Translations under genes and position numbers: made by a program | Notes under the pieces: generated by a model | Databases searched by the model: none | What the model was told of the DNA's origin: nothing | The model's input: the letters and a program-made list of their open reading frames with translations, nothing else | NCBI GenBank assembly: GCA_036785375.1 | Contig: JAWMAR010000024.1 | Location: 5,766,001 to 5,830,000, forward strand | Source: Leucoraja ocellata | Taxonomy: Eukaryota | Length of the DNA stretch: 64,000 nucleotides | Reading direction: 5' to 3' | Shown here: positions 27,218 through 39,520 of the stretch, one piece after another | Position numbering within the stretch: the stretch's first letter is position 1 | Layout of the letters: each line of letters starts with the position of its first letter

Positions 27218-27429
27218 CTAATATTTGAAAACAAGCGAAATGGACATTGGGCAGCAAAGGTGATCTTGAAACATGGAGAATTGTCTTTTTGTTTGGATGT
27301 CTGCTTGTAAAACTAGTAACAATGAACTCAGACAGTTAACATTTGCAGAACTTCTCATGCCATGAACGTTTCTAAAATTTCACTTCAAAATTGTGATTTA
27401 TTTTGATATTCTAATGATATTTAAGGATT

Positions 27430-27524
27430 AGGCACAAAATGCTGGAGTAGCTCAGCAGGACAGGCAGCATCTCTGGAGAGAAAAAATGGGTGACGTTTCG
27501 GGTTGAGACCCTTCTTCAGACTAG
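27430..27524 (-). mobile_element. Penelope pseudo-LTR with intact minimal hammerhead core
   Basis: Minus strand reads agt CUGAAGA agggucucaaccc GAAAC GUC accc. Confidence 0.75.
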
Positions 27525-28539
27525 GGGTACTTGCCTTGCATCCGTACTCTGAATTTATAATATATACTTGCCCTTGTTTTATTATTATATCTTAGATATT
27601 AAGTTGGATCAGAGTTATGTTAAGAGTTTTTGCCAGTCTTGGTAACAACTAGGCAATGAATCAATATAGGTGTTTCTGACTATTATTTAATGTACTATAA
27701 CAGTACAGGAATTAGAATCTAACAGAAAATTCACAACCGCTCTGAAGTGGAGGTATCATACCTTACATAAATTATGTCATCTATTTAGATTTTTAAGATT
27801 AAAATCTGAGTTTGGAATCGCTATAAACAAAAAGGATGGATTTAGGAATACATAAATAATTATATAATGCTATCTGGCAACCAAAGGAAAATCATTTTGA
27901 ATGTAAGTGAAAAGTCTAAATTCGGACACAGATTCAAGGGGGAAACTCACAGGTGAATTTACAGAACATGAATGATGGTGTTGAGATCAGAAGCACTCAC
28001 AGAAACAAACAAGACAGGATCAGATACAGCATTAAAGTACTAAATCATATCGGAATCTTCAAACAGATTAGCATAAATATGCTTGTGTACAATATATTTA
28101 TTTAAAAGAAAAACATAATATTTGTTTTGAAAATGCACACTCTCCACTTCATTGTGTGCCCCTCAAATGAGTTGAATGTAAATAACAGTTGATGATATTT
28201 TTTGTGGTGTTCATAGCAGTTCTACGCATTGATTTTAACGAGGAAATTAGTGATGCATTAACAGGAAAGCATTGAGATATCTCACCTTTCTCAGTACTCA
28301 TTCCATGTTTCCCAGTCAATTTTCAGATTTAACACTGCTTGTGCCTCAGGGGCAGTTTCAATCTCAGCGTTGAGGAGCGCGTTAGATACATAGATGCAGA
28401 ATGAATGCAAAAATAGAAAATACAAAGCAGTGCGCGCATAACCTACAGTTCAACCTGTAGAGAAGTCAAACTGAATTTTGATATTGATAGAGCCTCGTTG
28501 CAAAGATTAAGCAGCCAATAATCTTATATTGATTAATAA

Positions 28540-28920
28540 TCTTGACCTTATAGAGGTGTATAAAATGATGAGAGGAATAGATCAGGTAGACACACAGAGT
28601 CTTTTGCCCAGAGTAGGGGAATTGAGAACCAGAGGACATAGGTTTACGGTGAAGGGGGAAAGATTTAGTAGGATTCTGAGGAGTAACCTTTTCACAAAAA
28701 GGGTGGTGGATGTATGGAACGAGCTGCCAGAGGAGGTTGTTGAGGCCGAGACTATTGCAACATTTAAGGAACAATTAGACATGTACATGGATAGGACAGA
28801 TTTAGAGGGATACGGGCCAAATGCAGGCAGGAAGGATTAATGTACACGGGACATGTTGGTCAGTGTGGGTAAGTTGGGTCGAAGGGCCTGTTTCCACACA
28901 GTATGAATCTATGACTCTAT
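28540..28920 (+). mobile_element. CR1/HER1 3' fragment
   Basis: ORF 28529..28840 DLIEVYKMMRGID...FTKRVVDVWNELP; (tatgactc) tail. Confidence 0.9.
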
Positions 28921-30044
28921 AATAAACTGCAGACTCTTGGTTAGATATCATTTCGTTGTTTGATCAGAATCTTTTCCATGTGGACTCCGCTCTCCATTTT
29001 AGCTGATTAACTGGTCCATAGATCCTTGCAAAACTTTCATGGAGGGGCTTCTTGTATTTAGAACAATTGCACTAATTACGAATAGTTTTTTAAATATTTT
29101 TATTGTGCAATAGCTACAAAAAATTTTACATAATGAGCACTGCACTCTACACATTTGTTAACATGTGACTGTTTCAGCACAGTACAGTCCCTTTGCTGTA
29201 ATAACAGAAATGTTGATGAAAATCAAGTTAAATCCTGTGGTTAAATATTCCATAAAATAATTAAATAACCAATTGAACACAGTGATTAATCTTGCATCAA
29301 TATTTATATAATCTCAGTTGAAAGACATCCATATGATTATTAATTGAACGTTAAGTATATATATATTTATTTCCAAATCTATCTAGGTACATTTTTACAT
29401 AATACATTGATTATTATTTGTTTTTTACGGCAAGGATCTCAACTATTTGTGGACTGATAAGCAGAGAACATTGAAACACTGGAATTTCTCTGGAGTAGAG
29501 GCTGAGAAGGTGTGGTTGGGAAATGGCAGTAGTCGCTATTTTTGGAGAGAAAAGTTGGGGCTAGAGTTCTATAATGCTATTAGAGCTGAGGGTTGAAATC
29601 ACAATGTGACAAATATGCATAAACACCATAGTAAACACAGTCATAGAAAATGCACAAGAACAAAAGATACTTACAGTGAGAAAAGACATTTTGGCCACTT
29701 ATTTCATCTAGCCAGATATCAGGCTGCACTGTCAGGAAATATTGATCATTAAGCTGTTCAATAAAACATCTAAGGGACACTGTGCCCATTTTATGTGGCA
29801 TGAAAGGATTTTCTTCATTACAACCTAAACATGTGATGTTGGATATCCTTTCGATTGCAATTGGGCATTAAAAATGTATGTAACAAATTGCGATATCATC
29901 CCTGATCACTGTTTAACTCTCCTTTTTATTGAATTGAATTGAACATTTTATTGTCACATGTGACAATTTACAGTGAAATTCTTTGTTATTTACCCATAAA
30001 TAGTCACCCATAAAGGGCGCTTACAAAGTTACAAATCCCCCCCC

Positions 30045-30240
30045 CCCCCGCTTCATCACTTCCCCTTTTGTTCTTCACCCCTCCACCCTCCCTTACAGCA
30101 GTCCCCCCACACTGGGTCCTCTATTGTCCATTATTCTTCCACCTCCCTCACAATGATCCCCCCTCACCGGGTCCCCATTGTCCATTGTTCTTCCCCCCCC
30201 CCACTTCACGGCGGTCCCCACATACCGGATCCCTGTATAG
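30045..30240 (+). repeat. Degenerate ~57-bp C-rich tandem repeat within a retroelement 3' UTR
   Basis: Repeated ccccc.cac.gggtcc.c.attgtccatt.ttcttcc units. Confidence 0.6.
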
Positions 30241-30334
30241 CAGCAATAGTAAACGATCGGTCTAATACATGATTGTACAATGATATAATTATCGCAGTAA
30301 ATCAAAGCACTTTGTACAATAAACTATTCTTGGA

Positions 30335-30530
30335 AAGACATAAAATACTCAGTAACTCAATGGGTCAGGCAGCATCCCTGGAGAATATGGATCGGTGATG
30401 TTTTGGGCCATGTCAGGTTTGTGTCTCGAAACGTTACCTATCCATGTTCTCAAGGGATGCTGCCTGACTTGCTGAGTTACTTCAGCATTTTGTGTCTTTC
30501 CTTGATAAACCAGCATCTGCAGTTCCTTGT
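30335..30530. mobile_element. Palindromic Penelope pseudo-LTR unit
   Basis: gtaactcaatgggtcaggcagcatccctggagaa versus ttctcaagggatgctgcctgacttgctgagttac. Confidence 0.7.
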
Positions 30531-31643
30531 TTGTAAATTTGGGGGGAAATTTAGTGACTTGCTTTGTAACTATACCAACTATTTTGGACCATTAACATTG
30601 AACATCTCTCAAATAATAGTACAGGTAGTCTGAATAGCAGTTACATTAAAACTGGCACCCATGGGACTTTTAGATGGTGACGGGCTATCCAACTATGGGA
30701 TATCACTCCTATTCATACACCAGCGCAATTTAATTTCAGTTTTATTATATTTTATAATAAACTTTACCGTGAGCATGGGAAGTTTTAAGGGAATGGGAAA
30801 CTGAACATGGTGAGTTTAAAAGGAATTGATAACAGAAACTAGCTTGTTTGAGCTGTTCAACTTCAGTTTGTGTATTCCAGGTTGTCAAAGCCTTGACACA
30901 TCATTACTTCCTCTTATATTGAAAGCACCCACTCTGGTCCACACACTGGGTCCACACTTGGGACCTTCGCTGCAAAGCAGACCACCACCCCTATTGATAA
31001 ATAGAGTTTTACTGTCATTTATTATGTTGGTGGTGATGGTTCAATGTTGATCAGGAGATTGGGGCCTTTTTTTATCTTGATGTGAACCATTACAATGGTT
31101 GGAAACCTGCTCAATTGAACATCTAATCTACCTTACATATGATAATTAGACTTGAAGATCTTGCTAAAATTCAGAAGTGATTGGTTTTGGATATTAGTAT
31201 AAAATGGATGACAGGAAAACAGTAATCCATTTTACATCTCGTTCTTTTTGTCAATGGAAACGTGAATTATGTAGTTGTAGAATTGGCTGTGGAATTGTTA
31301 TTGATCATTTTGCTCTACCAGAGCTGATGAACACTGATTTCTTCTTCACACTCTCCCAACCGATATCATCCCTCTCATCTCCACACTCCCCTACCCCTCC
31401 TAACCCCATCCCCACCATTATCCATGTGTGACCAGTGCATTTCTCATATTTCGATTGGTGTTATGGCACATCAATTTGCCTTCTTTGACAACTCCCATAA
31501 AGAATTGATTCATGATTGTGAAGTATTTCTATGCCTCCATTCTAAGATATAAAATAGAGCCATACAATATACTTGTTGATTGATCTCTATTTGAGTAATA
31601 GTTGATTATTTTTCTTTGTGTTTCTTTTTATTTCTGCTTGTAG

Positions 31644-31737
31644 TTTTTAGACCAATGCACTCTAAAGATCAAATTAGCATCCCCAGCAAGGATGTTGTAT
31701 GACTGGCAAGGAAATCGAATCTCTGACCTCAGAACAG
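31644..31737 (+). CDS. DCDC1: DCDC1 exon, second doublecortin-like domain (not in ORF track)
   Basis: Acceptor tttctgcttgtag and donor g|gtatgc. 94 nt encoding FLDQCTLKIKLASPARMLYDWQGNRISDLRT; phase 0 to 1 fits both neighbouring exons. Confidence 0.93.
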
Positions 31738-32299
31738 GTATGCAATTGTTAGAATTCAGGACATTGAGAAATTCTTGTTTTGAACATTCCTGGATTATTT
31801 GCACAATATATAACGTTTTTAGATTCCCTATGTCTAGATCATAGGCAGTAGTTAAAAGTTGTTTGGGTAATGAGGCCACAAGCATAATAATCTTATGTCC
31901 AACTTTGAGAAAGATTCACTTTGACATTGAATCAAATGGGCAGCAGATTCTTGGGATTAAATATATAATCCATTTCACGTGTAGCTCCTAAATCCACTAA
32001 AATTGGCCAATAGAATTTTATTTTTTCTAATATTTGTTTCTGTGTTTGTGAATGAACACAATCCAATGGTTTTCTTAAGTCTGCTTTCATACTTTTGGTC
32101 CCAGTCCATGTGTTAGACATAGACCAATGTTTCCATTAATGTAGAAGGTACAGAAAATGGCACAGGAAAATACACAAATTACACATAAATTCTGCACATT
32201 CACCCTTTCTTTGCCAGGTTGACAAGCTGAAACACACCCAAGGACAGCTCACAGTAAATGTAGTAAATCTACACCAATGCTATTATGGATTCTGCTATT

Positions 32300-34130
32300 A
32301 ACTCTATACTTTCTCCTTCAGTTTGATCTTCCAATGTGTCACACCACACTTGCTCAGATTAAATTCCACCTGCCATTTTTCTACCTATATCTGTCACTGA
32401 TATCCCGAATCCTTCTATATCTTCTGAAGGCTGCCTTCACTGTCTGCAAATACATGACATTTTTATGTTGTCTGCAAACTTGCTAACCAACCCCATCTAC
32501 ATTTATGTCCAAGTCACTAATGTATATCTCAAACAACAGAAGTCCCAGCGCAGATGCCTGCAGAACACCACTGGCCATCGCTTTCTGGCCAAAATGACGA
32601 TTACCTTCTGTCATATGTGGGTCAGCCAGACTCATGCAAACTACCAAGTCATCATGGATCTCAAGCATCTTAAGTTTCTGGATCAGGATACCATGAGGGA
32701 ACTTGTCAAATGTCTTACTGAGGTTCATGTGGACAACATTCACAGTCTTATCCTCATTATATTTAAGAGGGAGTTAGATGTGGTCCTTGTGGCTAAGGGT
32801 ATCAGGGGGTATGGAGAGAAGGCAGGTACGGGATACTGAGTTGGATGATCAGCCATGATCATATTGAATGGCGGTGCAGGCTCGAAGGGCCGAATGGCCT
32901 ACTCCTGCACCTAATTTCTATGTTTCTATGTTTCTATGTTTAATCACCTTCATCACCTCCTAAGAGATCTCAGTTGTTTGTTAAACATAATCTGCCTTTC
33001 TGACTTTAACTAATGAGCTCATTCTCTTCCAAATGTGAGTAAATCCTCTTCAATAGTTTCCTTAACACTGACGTTTACCAGCCTGTAATTTCCTTTTTGC
33101 TTTTTAAAGGGACAATGGCTACTCTCCAGTCCTCCAGAACCTTACCTGTGGCTAGGCAGGATATAAAAATATTTGTTGAGGGCCCTGCAATCTCCTCTTT
33201 TGCCCATTTCAATAACATGGGATAGATCCTTGTAGGCCCTGGGGACTTGTACACCTTAATGCTCTTCAAGGGACCCAACATTACCTTCTTCTTGTTTTAA
33301 AATGGCCTAGCAAATTAGTATAGCAACACTGATCTCATTGTCCTCCATGTTCTTCTTGGTGAATACTGTTGCAAAATATTCATTTAGTATCTCCCCCACA
33401 TCCTCTGACTCCAAGTATAAAATCATTTCATTATCCTTGAGTGTTTCTAGCTTCTCCCTGGTTACCCTCTTGTTTGTAAAGTTTGTATAAAATGCCTTGT
33501 AATTCTCTGTAAACACCATGTCATGTCCCCTTCTGGCTCTTGTAATATCCTGTTGGAGGTATTTCTTGCTTTCTTTATTTTTATCTGGTTAGCTTCCTTA
33601 ACCTTACATTTGTTTCCTTTTTCATTTTGACCAAATCCACTACTCTCATTATCCAGGATTCCCTTACTTTGCCACCCTTGTTCCTCCTCCTTGCTGAAAC
33701 ATGCCAGAATTGAACTTTGATCAGCTGGTCTTGAAGTAATTCCCACATGTCAGATGTGAATTTACCCAATAGCAGCTGCTCGCCTCGGCTCCTGCCTAAT
33801 TATTTTGTAATCTGCCTTACTCCAATTTAGCATTTTCTCCCCAAGGTCCAGATTTATCCTTATTCACAACTAACTTAAAACATAAGGAGCTGTCATCACT
33901 GTTCCTGAAATGCTCTCCCACTGAAATTCCAGTCACTTGGTCTGGGTCATTTCACATCCAAGGTCCAATATGGTCCCTTCTCTAGTTGGACTATCCATGT
34001 ACTGTTTAAGAAAGCCTCTCAGATATATCTAACAAATTCTGCCCCATTCAAGCCTCTCACACTCAGGGATTCCCAATCAATACAGAGGAAGTGAAACAAG
34101 CTTGCTGCTTTTACGTCTTTCCATGATCTG
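32300..34130 (-). mobile_element. Decayed CR1 LINE ORF2 (RT region), interrupted by a young 3' end at 32757-32940 (+)
   Basis: Frameshifted ORFs with KSPGP..IYP.LLK...DWRVAIVP, LSKTFDKFPH, SGVLQAS.LG and YISDLD. Confidence 0.85.
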
Positions 34131-35249
34131 TTTGTATTTTGATGTTTTGTCTTTTCCAGTCAAGTCACGTTGTGGCTATTGTCATATGCACATATGGTGA
34201 GGTTGTAGGCACAAGAAAAATCTTGCTTGCTGCAGCATCACAGGCACATGGACTCAGACAACACACAAACATATAAATTATATTTAAATTATACACAAAT
34301 TACACATAAATACTGCACATTCATTCTTTCTTTGAAACTATTGAGTGTAAATCTTTTTATCAGCTGTTTTCAAACACTATGCTTTTTATAAAATATTGCG
34401 TTTCTGATTATGCAACAACATAGAAGTTATCAGTTTGATTTTGAGATCGACTCTTCAAAATGTTTCACTAACAGCTGCATGGGGCATGGCTATATCTTGC
34501 CGACTGTATTGGACTGGATCCAGTAGCATACAATAGTTGAAGATCCTCTGGGAGCGAACCTAGGCACTGCTGTGTTCACCCACCTTAAGTAGACAGCCAA
34601 TGTCTGATAGCTGAAATGCAAAGCATCAAAACATCAAAGTCCTTTTTGATCTGGAACTTAGGTAGGCAGAGACAAACTTCCAAATGGCTTAGTTTAGTTT
34701 CGTTACAATGTGGAAAGGGGCCCTTCGGCCCACTGAATCCGCGCCGATCAACAATCACCCGTACACTAGTCTGAACTATATGTAGAAGTGTCTGAAGCGT
34801 AGAAACCAGGCATCAGTTAGAAGTGGCAATAGATATTTTTCCACCTTTTCTGAATCATACTGACTGGAATGAGACAGATATCAAAGATCAAACGGAAGTT
34901 GCATGTAAATGATGACTCAGCCTAATAGATGCAACTGGCCCTTCAGCGTCAGTTCAACAGAAATCATATCCATTCCGCCTGTACAGTTTGAGGTTCCCTG
35001 ACACAGTAAACGATTATATCATTCAATGTGAAGCGGAGCTTTTACAAACAATCTACCACATCTGATGTTGTGCTTTAATTTGACAATCAAATCGGACTTC
35101 AGACATCACTCAGTGTAATGTAATCTGTATGTGGCAATTGCATGACTTTGCCATGTGGTAGCATCGTCGAGGACATCTATGGTCTGGCAAAGAGCAGATA
35201 ATATACAGATATGTATAAATAATGCAAAGTATATTTCACAATAAAGAAG

Positions 35250-36170
35250 GTAGACAAAAATGCTGGAGAAACTCAGCGGGTGAGGCAGCATCAATGGAGT
35301 GAAGGAATAGGTGATGTTTCAGGGTTGAGACCCTTCTTCAGACTGATGTGGGGGTGGGGGGTGGGGGGGGGTGGGCAGGATGAAGAAAGGAAGCAGCGGA
35401 GACAGTAGGCTGTGGGGGAGCTGAGAAGGGTAGGGGAAGGAGGGAGAAAGCAAGGACTACATAAAATTGTAGAAGTCAATGTTCGTACCGCTGGGGTGTA
35501 AACTGCCCAAGCGAAATATGAGGTGCTGCTCCTCCAATTTGCGGCGGGGCTCACTCTGGCCATGGAGGAGTCCCAGGACAGAAATGTCGGATTCGGAATG
35601 GGAGGGGGAATTGAAGTGCTGAACCATGGGAGATCAGGTTGGTTAAGGCGAACTGAGCAGAGCTGTTAGGCGAAGAGATTGCCAAGCTTGATATTGGTCT
35701 CACCGATGTAGAGCAGTTGACACCTAGAACAGCGGATGCAATAGATGAAGTTGGAGGAGGTGCAGATGAACCTCTGCCGCACCTGGAAAGACTGCTCGGG
35801 TCCTTGGATGGAGTCGAGGAGGGAGGTAAAGCGACAAGCGTAGCATTTCCTGCGGTTGCAAGAGAAAGTACCAGGGGAGGGGGTGGTTTGGGTGGGAAGG
35901 GACAAATTGTCCAGGGAGTTCTGTGAGTGGTCTCTGCAGAAAGACGAAAGGGGAGGAGATGGGAAGATGTGGCCAGTGGTGGGATCACGTTGGAGGTGGC
36001 GAAAATGTCAGAGGATTATCTGTTGTATGTGAAGGCTGGTAGGATGGAAGGTGAGGACAAGGGAGACTCTGTCCTTGTTGCGAGTGTGGGGATGGGGAGT
36101 GAGAGCGGTGCTATGGGATATAGAGGAGACCCTGGTGAGAGCCTCATCTATAGTCGAAGAGAGGAACCCC
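35250..36170 (-). mobile_element. Penelope-like element (Neptune-type): RT-EN linker, GIY-YIG endonuclease, pseudo-LTR
   Basis: ORF 36008..36250 (LVLTFHPTSLHIQQII) and ORF 35666..35905 (CNRRKCYAC...CTSSNFIYCIRCSRCQLLYIGET); frameshifted. Confidence 0.9.
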
Positions 36171-39100
36171 CAAATTGTTCGCTTAATTGTCCTACTTTGC
36201 TTGTTGTAAAAACTGGTTATTCCATTATAAACCAATGACACAAGGGACAAAAATTGATAAACATTGGACTAATTTTCAACACGTAAAATGGCCACAAAGT
36301 GTACCAGTTTAACACTAGGTTGGATCATGTGCAGTGTTGGTCCCACTCATAAATTTGTGAACCCTTTCTGTATATTCAGGGCCATTGCCTGGTAAAGGAT
36401 TTCTGATATATTGCGTAACAATGACTAGGATAGAACAATTCAAGCAAAGGTACTTTGTCTGCTAATCAAAACTAACCCCCTTATTTTAGACAGAGGAGCA
36501 ATGATTACAAACTCCTCCACTGCTTGGTTTAATTTTCTCCCAAGACTTAAGTTGAAGTGCGGCAATTGACCCCAGCTGTTGCGTGAAGAGCCTTTGAAGA
36601 CGCAACCTTCATAGCCATCTTGCACCAATCATTCACATAAAGCACAAGAACATTAGTCATCTGGACGCTTCTTTGTATTTGTACAATACAACTTGTATAA
36701 AGAAGATTCATATTGATTTGTATCCCCAAAAAGCCGAAAGGCATGCACATTCCTCAGTGTTTTGTGTGAAGTACTTTCTGAAGCGTTAGTGAAAGCATAT
36801 AAAAATTGAAATGCCTAAACTTTCACACAGATCAAGCTCTGACAATGCCTTACACCTTAATATAATCAAGAAAAACCATATCAAAGGTATCATAAACAAT
36901 CTGGTGGAGGAATAGAAAGAATGGTTAGCAACTGGGTCAAAACACAACATCAGTTCTGAGAGTTGAGAGGGAAGACGGCGAGGATAAAGTAAAGAGAAGA
37001 AAGGTTAAGACGGAAGCAAGAGGTGGTAGGTGGACCAGGTTAAATGTGGTCCTCATATCTTAAACAAGTTAGTGTGGGAAAGTTGGGCTGAAGGGCCTGT
37101 TTCCACACTGTATAACTCTATGATTCTATAGCTTCCACTTTCCTTACTCCATCAGTAATGGAAATACTTACATCAATCTTTCCTCACCGTTGATAACATT
37201 CAGAATATGAAGTGCACATATTTTAATTATTTAGCCACTATTCCTACATCATTAGTATGTCGCTGAAAAATATAACACCAATGTATTATTAGATCTTTCT
37301 GCACAGGAGCAGATTAATTGGCATTTTCTTATTACATTTTGACACACTGGGTACAATGACCTCATAATTTAGGTCAGTTAAGACTCTAAATTGTTATGCT
37401 ATATGCCAACGGTAGTTAAGAGATGAGGAATCCGGGTGGTGGAATAAGTAAGAGAGATAAAGAACATTGTAAAAACCCCAGCACTTACTATCCCTGAGCC
37501 CATTCAGAACCAGCAAGCGTATGATGAGTGTAGTGGTTTTGAATATCGGCCTTAGATCCCATGCTGTTTTGAGGCAGGCTTGGAACATGGCATCTCTCTT
37601 TTACAGACATACAGCCTCATCACTCTCAATTTAACCCTACATCTGATGAACCCATTACTCCAAACTTGATTTCATGGAACAGGGAGTGGATATAGTTACA
37701 AATGATCAATGACAATCCTTGAACTGAAGCAGCAAGGCATGAACGATTTACACATTTTGCTTCACTTGCTCAAGCAAAAGATCTGCCAACATACAGTATT
37801 TAATGCATAACTGCTTCAACAATTTACGAAGGGGAAAAAAATGCACGACTCATGCTACGTTCCCTAAAGTAGTGAAGAATTACTTGATTGCGTGCCTACT
37901 GCCCATTTATTGGCAGGCAGCAAACCCGCTGATTCGCAAAAAGCTAAAGAACCCAGGTGCTGAACAGAGACTGCTGCGAGAGACGTTTGAATTTTCTTTA
38001 TGGTTGTACAAATTTATTACCTTAAGTACTGTTTTTTTTTTGTTATTTTCTCATGGATAAAGCCATGTTCCATTAGGTGCACAAAGCAACAAAAATAAAA
38101 TCAGCATTGTGCTCCACAACTGTAATGCTTTAAACGCTGCAGGCTGAGCCTGTCAATTTAATGGGATCACTGGAAACCAAAGCAGCTGTAAAAAATTGCT
38201 TTAAGTACAGCAATCGTGCCCTTGTCATTCCATTCAGTGGTTAATAAAAAAATACAAATTCAGATAGGCATCAATATTTAAGAAAAATGATTGCTTAACC
38301 ATTTCTCGTCAGCACCTGAGGGAGAATAAATGTGACGGCAAACATATAAACAAAAAGTCACAGCAGCTGTTGGCTTAATTTTGGCTGAGAAAGAGTGATC
38401 AGGATGACATATATCAGCATTCAGACAGCTATCTGAAAGCTTGTTGTGGTAAACCAGGGCTGCCGCATCCATCCCAAAACACCCAAAAAAGAGAATAAAA
38501 AGCAGAAAAGTAATGTTAAAATATTTATTTACCATCAAAAACAGATTCATGAACAATTGTACATTGTGTTATCAAAGTATTGCGAATTAAAGCGGGCTCA
38601 CACAATCTGTTTGGAAATTTTATGAGTTTTGAATTGCAAAATCAGTGCCTATTAATTAAACATTAAACTGTAATTTATGTGCTTAATATAAATAGTTTCA
38701 TATTGGTGATTTAAAAATGAATTATCTTCAGTTTTACCGTTTATCATGAGTTTTTAAATATTCACGTAGATTGAATGAAAATAGCTGTGGAAGTTAATTT
38801 CTGAAGATTCACAGTATAATTCAATGCATTTGTAATTCTGTTGCACTTTATAAAGGTCAGTAGGATATGTCTAGCATTTTGCTGGAAATCATCTATGACC
38901 ATTGTAATTGCACACATCTGCTCCTCCAGGCTGGAAATCAGTTTAAAAAAAAAAACAGGCCTAATGCAAGTCTCAGAACAATATAAGTTTTGTTTCAGCA
39001 AGGTTTGCTTCAACCCAACTGTGATAAATGAGAAGATAAGGCAATCAGTGCACACCATGACACCGTGTGCAGTTAGTTAGGCGCAGTTCAAATCTATTCA

Positions 39101-39353
39101 GGTGTACTTGAGAAGCTTCATGACTCTACAGTTGGGGGCTCAACACACATGTATAAATATCTATACTCTTGATGGTGACCACTAGTAATCCAGGATTTGC
39201 TCTTGTCAGTGCTTCTTCAGGACATATATAAATAATAGGCATGAAGAGTTAGGTCCAGTGCTGTTTGTATAGACTCTGATTTATGGTTCAAGTTGGTGCA
39301 ACAGAGTGGATGTAAAATCCTTGATTTCTTTTTAATGCTGCTTTCTTCTACAG

Positions 39354-39520
39354 TTCCATTGCTCGACAAATGCCTGCAGAATTCCTTCACACCTCTGCGT
39401 GGACCTGTCTGGGTCTCCAAAGGGGAAGGGTTCATTCCGTCAGGAGCTAAGGCATACATCCAGGGAATCATATGGGCTATAAATCAAAAGCTGAAGCCTG
39501 CATGGAATTACAGTAAGCAG
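39354..39520 (+). CDS. DCDC1: DCDC1 exon
   Basis: Acceptor ctttcttctacag and donor cag|gtgaga. Encodes VPLLDKCLQNSFTPLRGPVWVSKGEGFIPSGAKAYIQGIIWAINQKLKPAWNYSKQ. Confidence 0.95.

Noticed and set aside
25745-30240. Short repeated units as a possible CRISPR array
   Set aside because: Vertebrate DNA; units are degenerate with no unique spacers and no cas genes.
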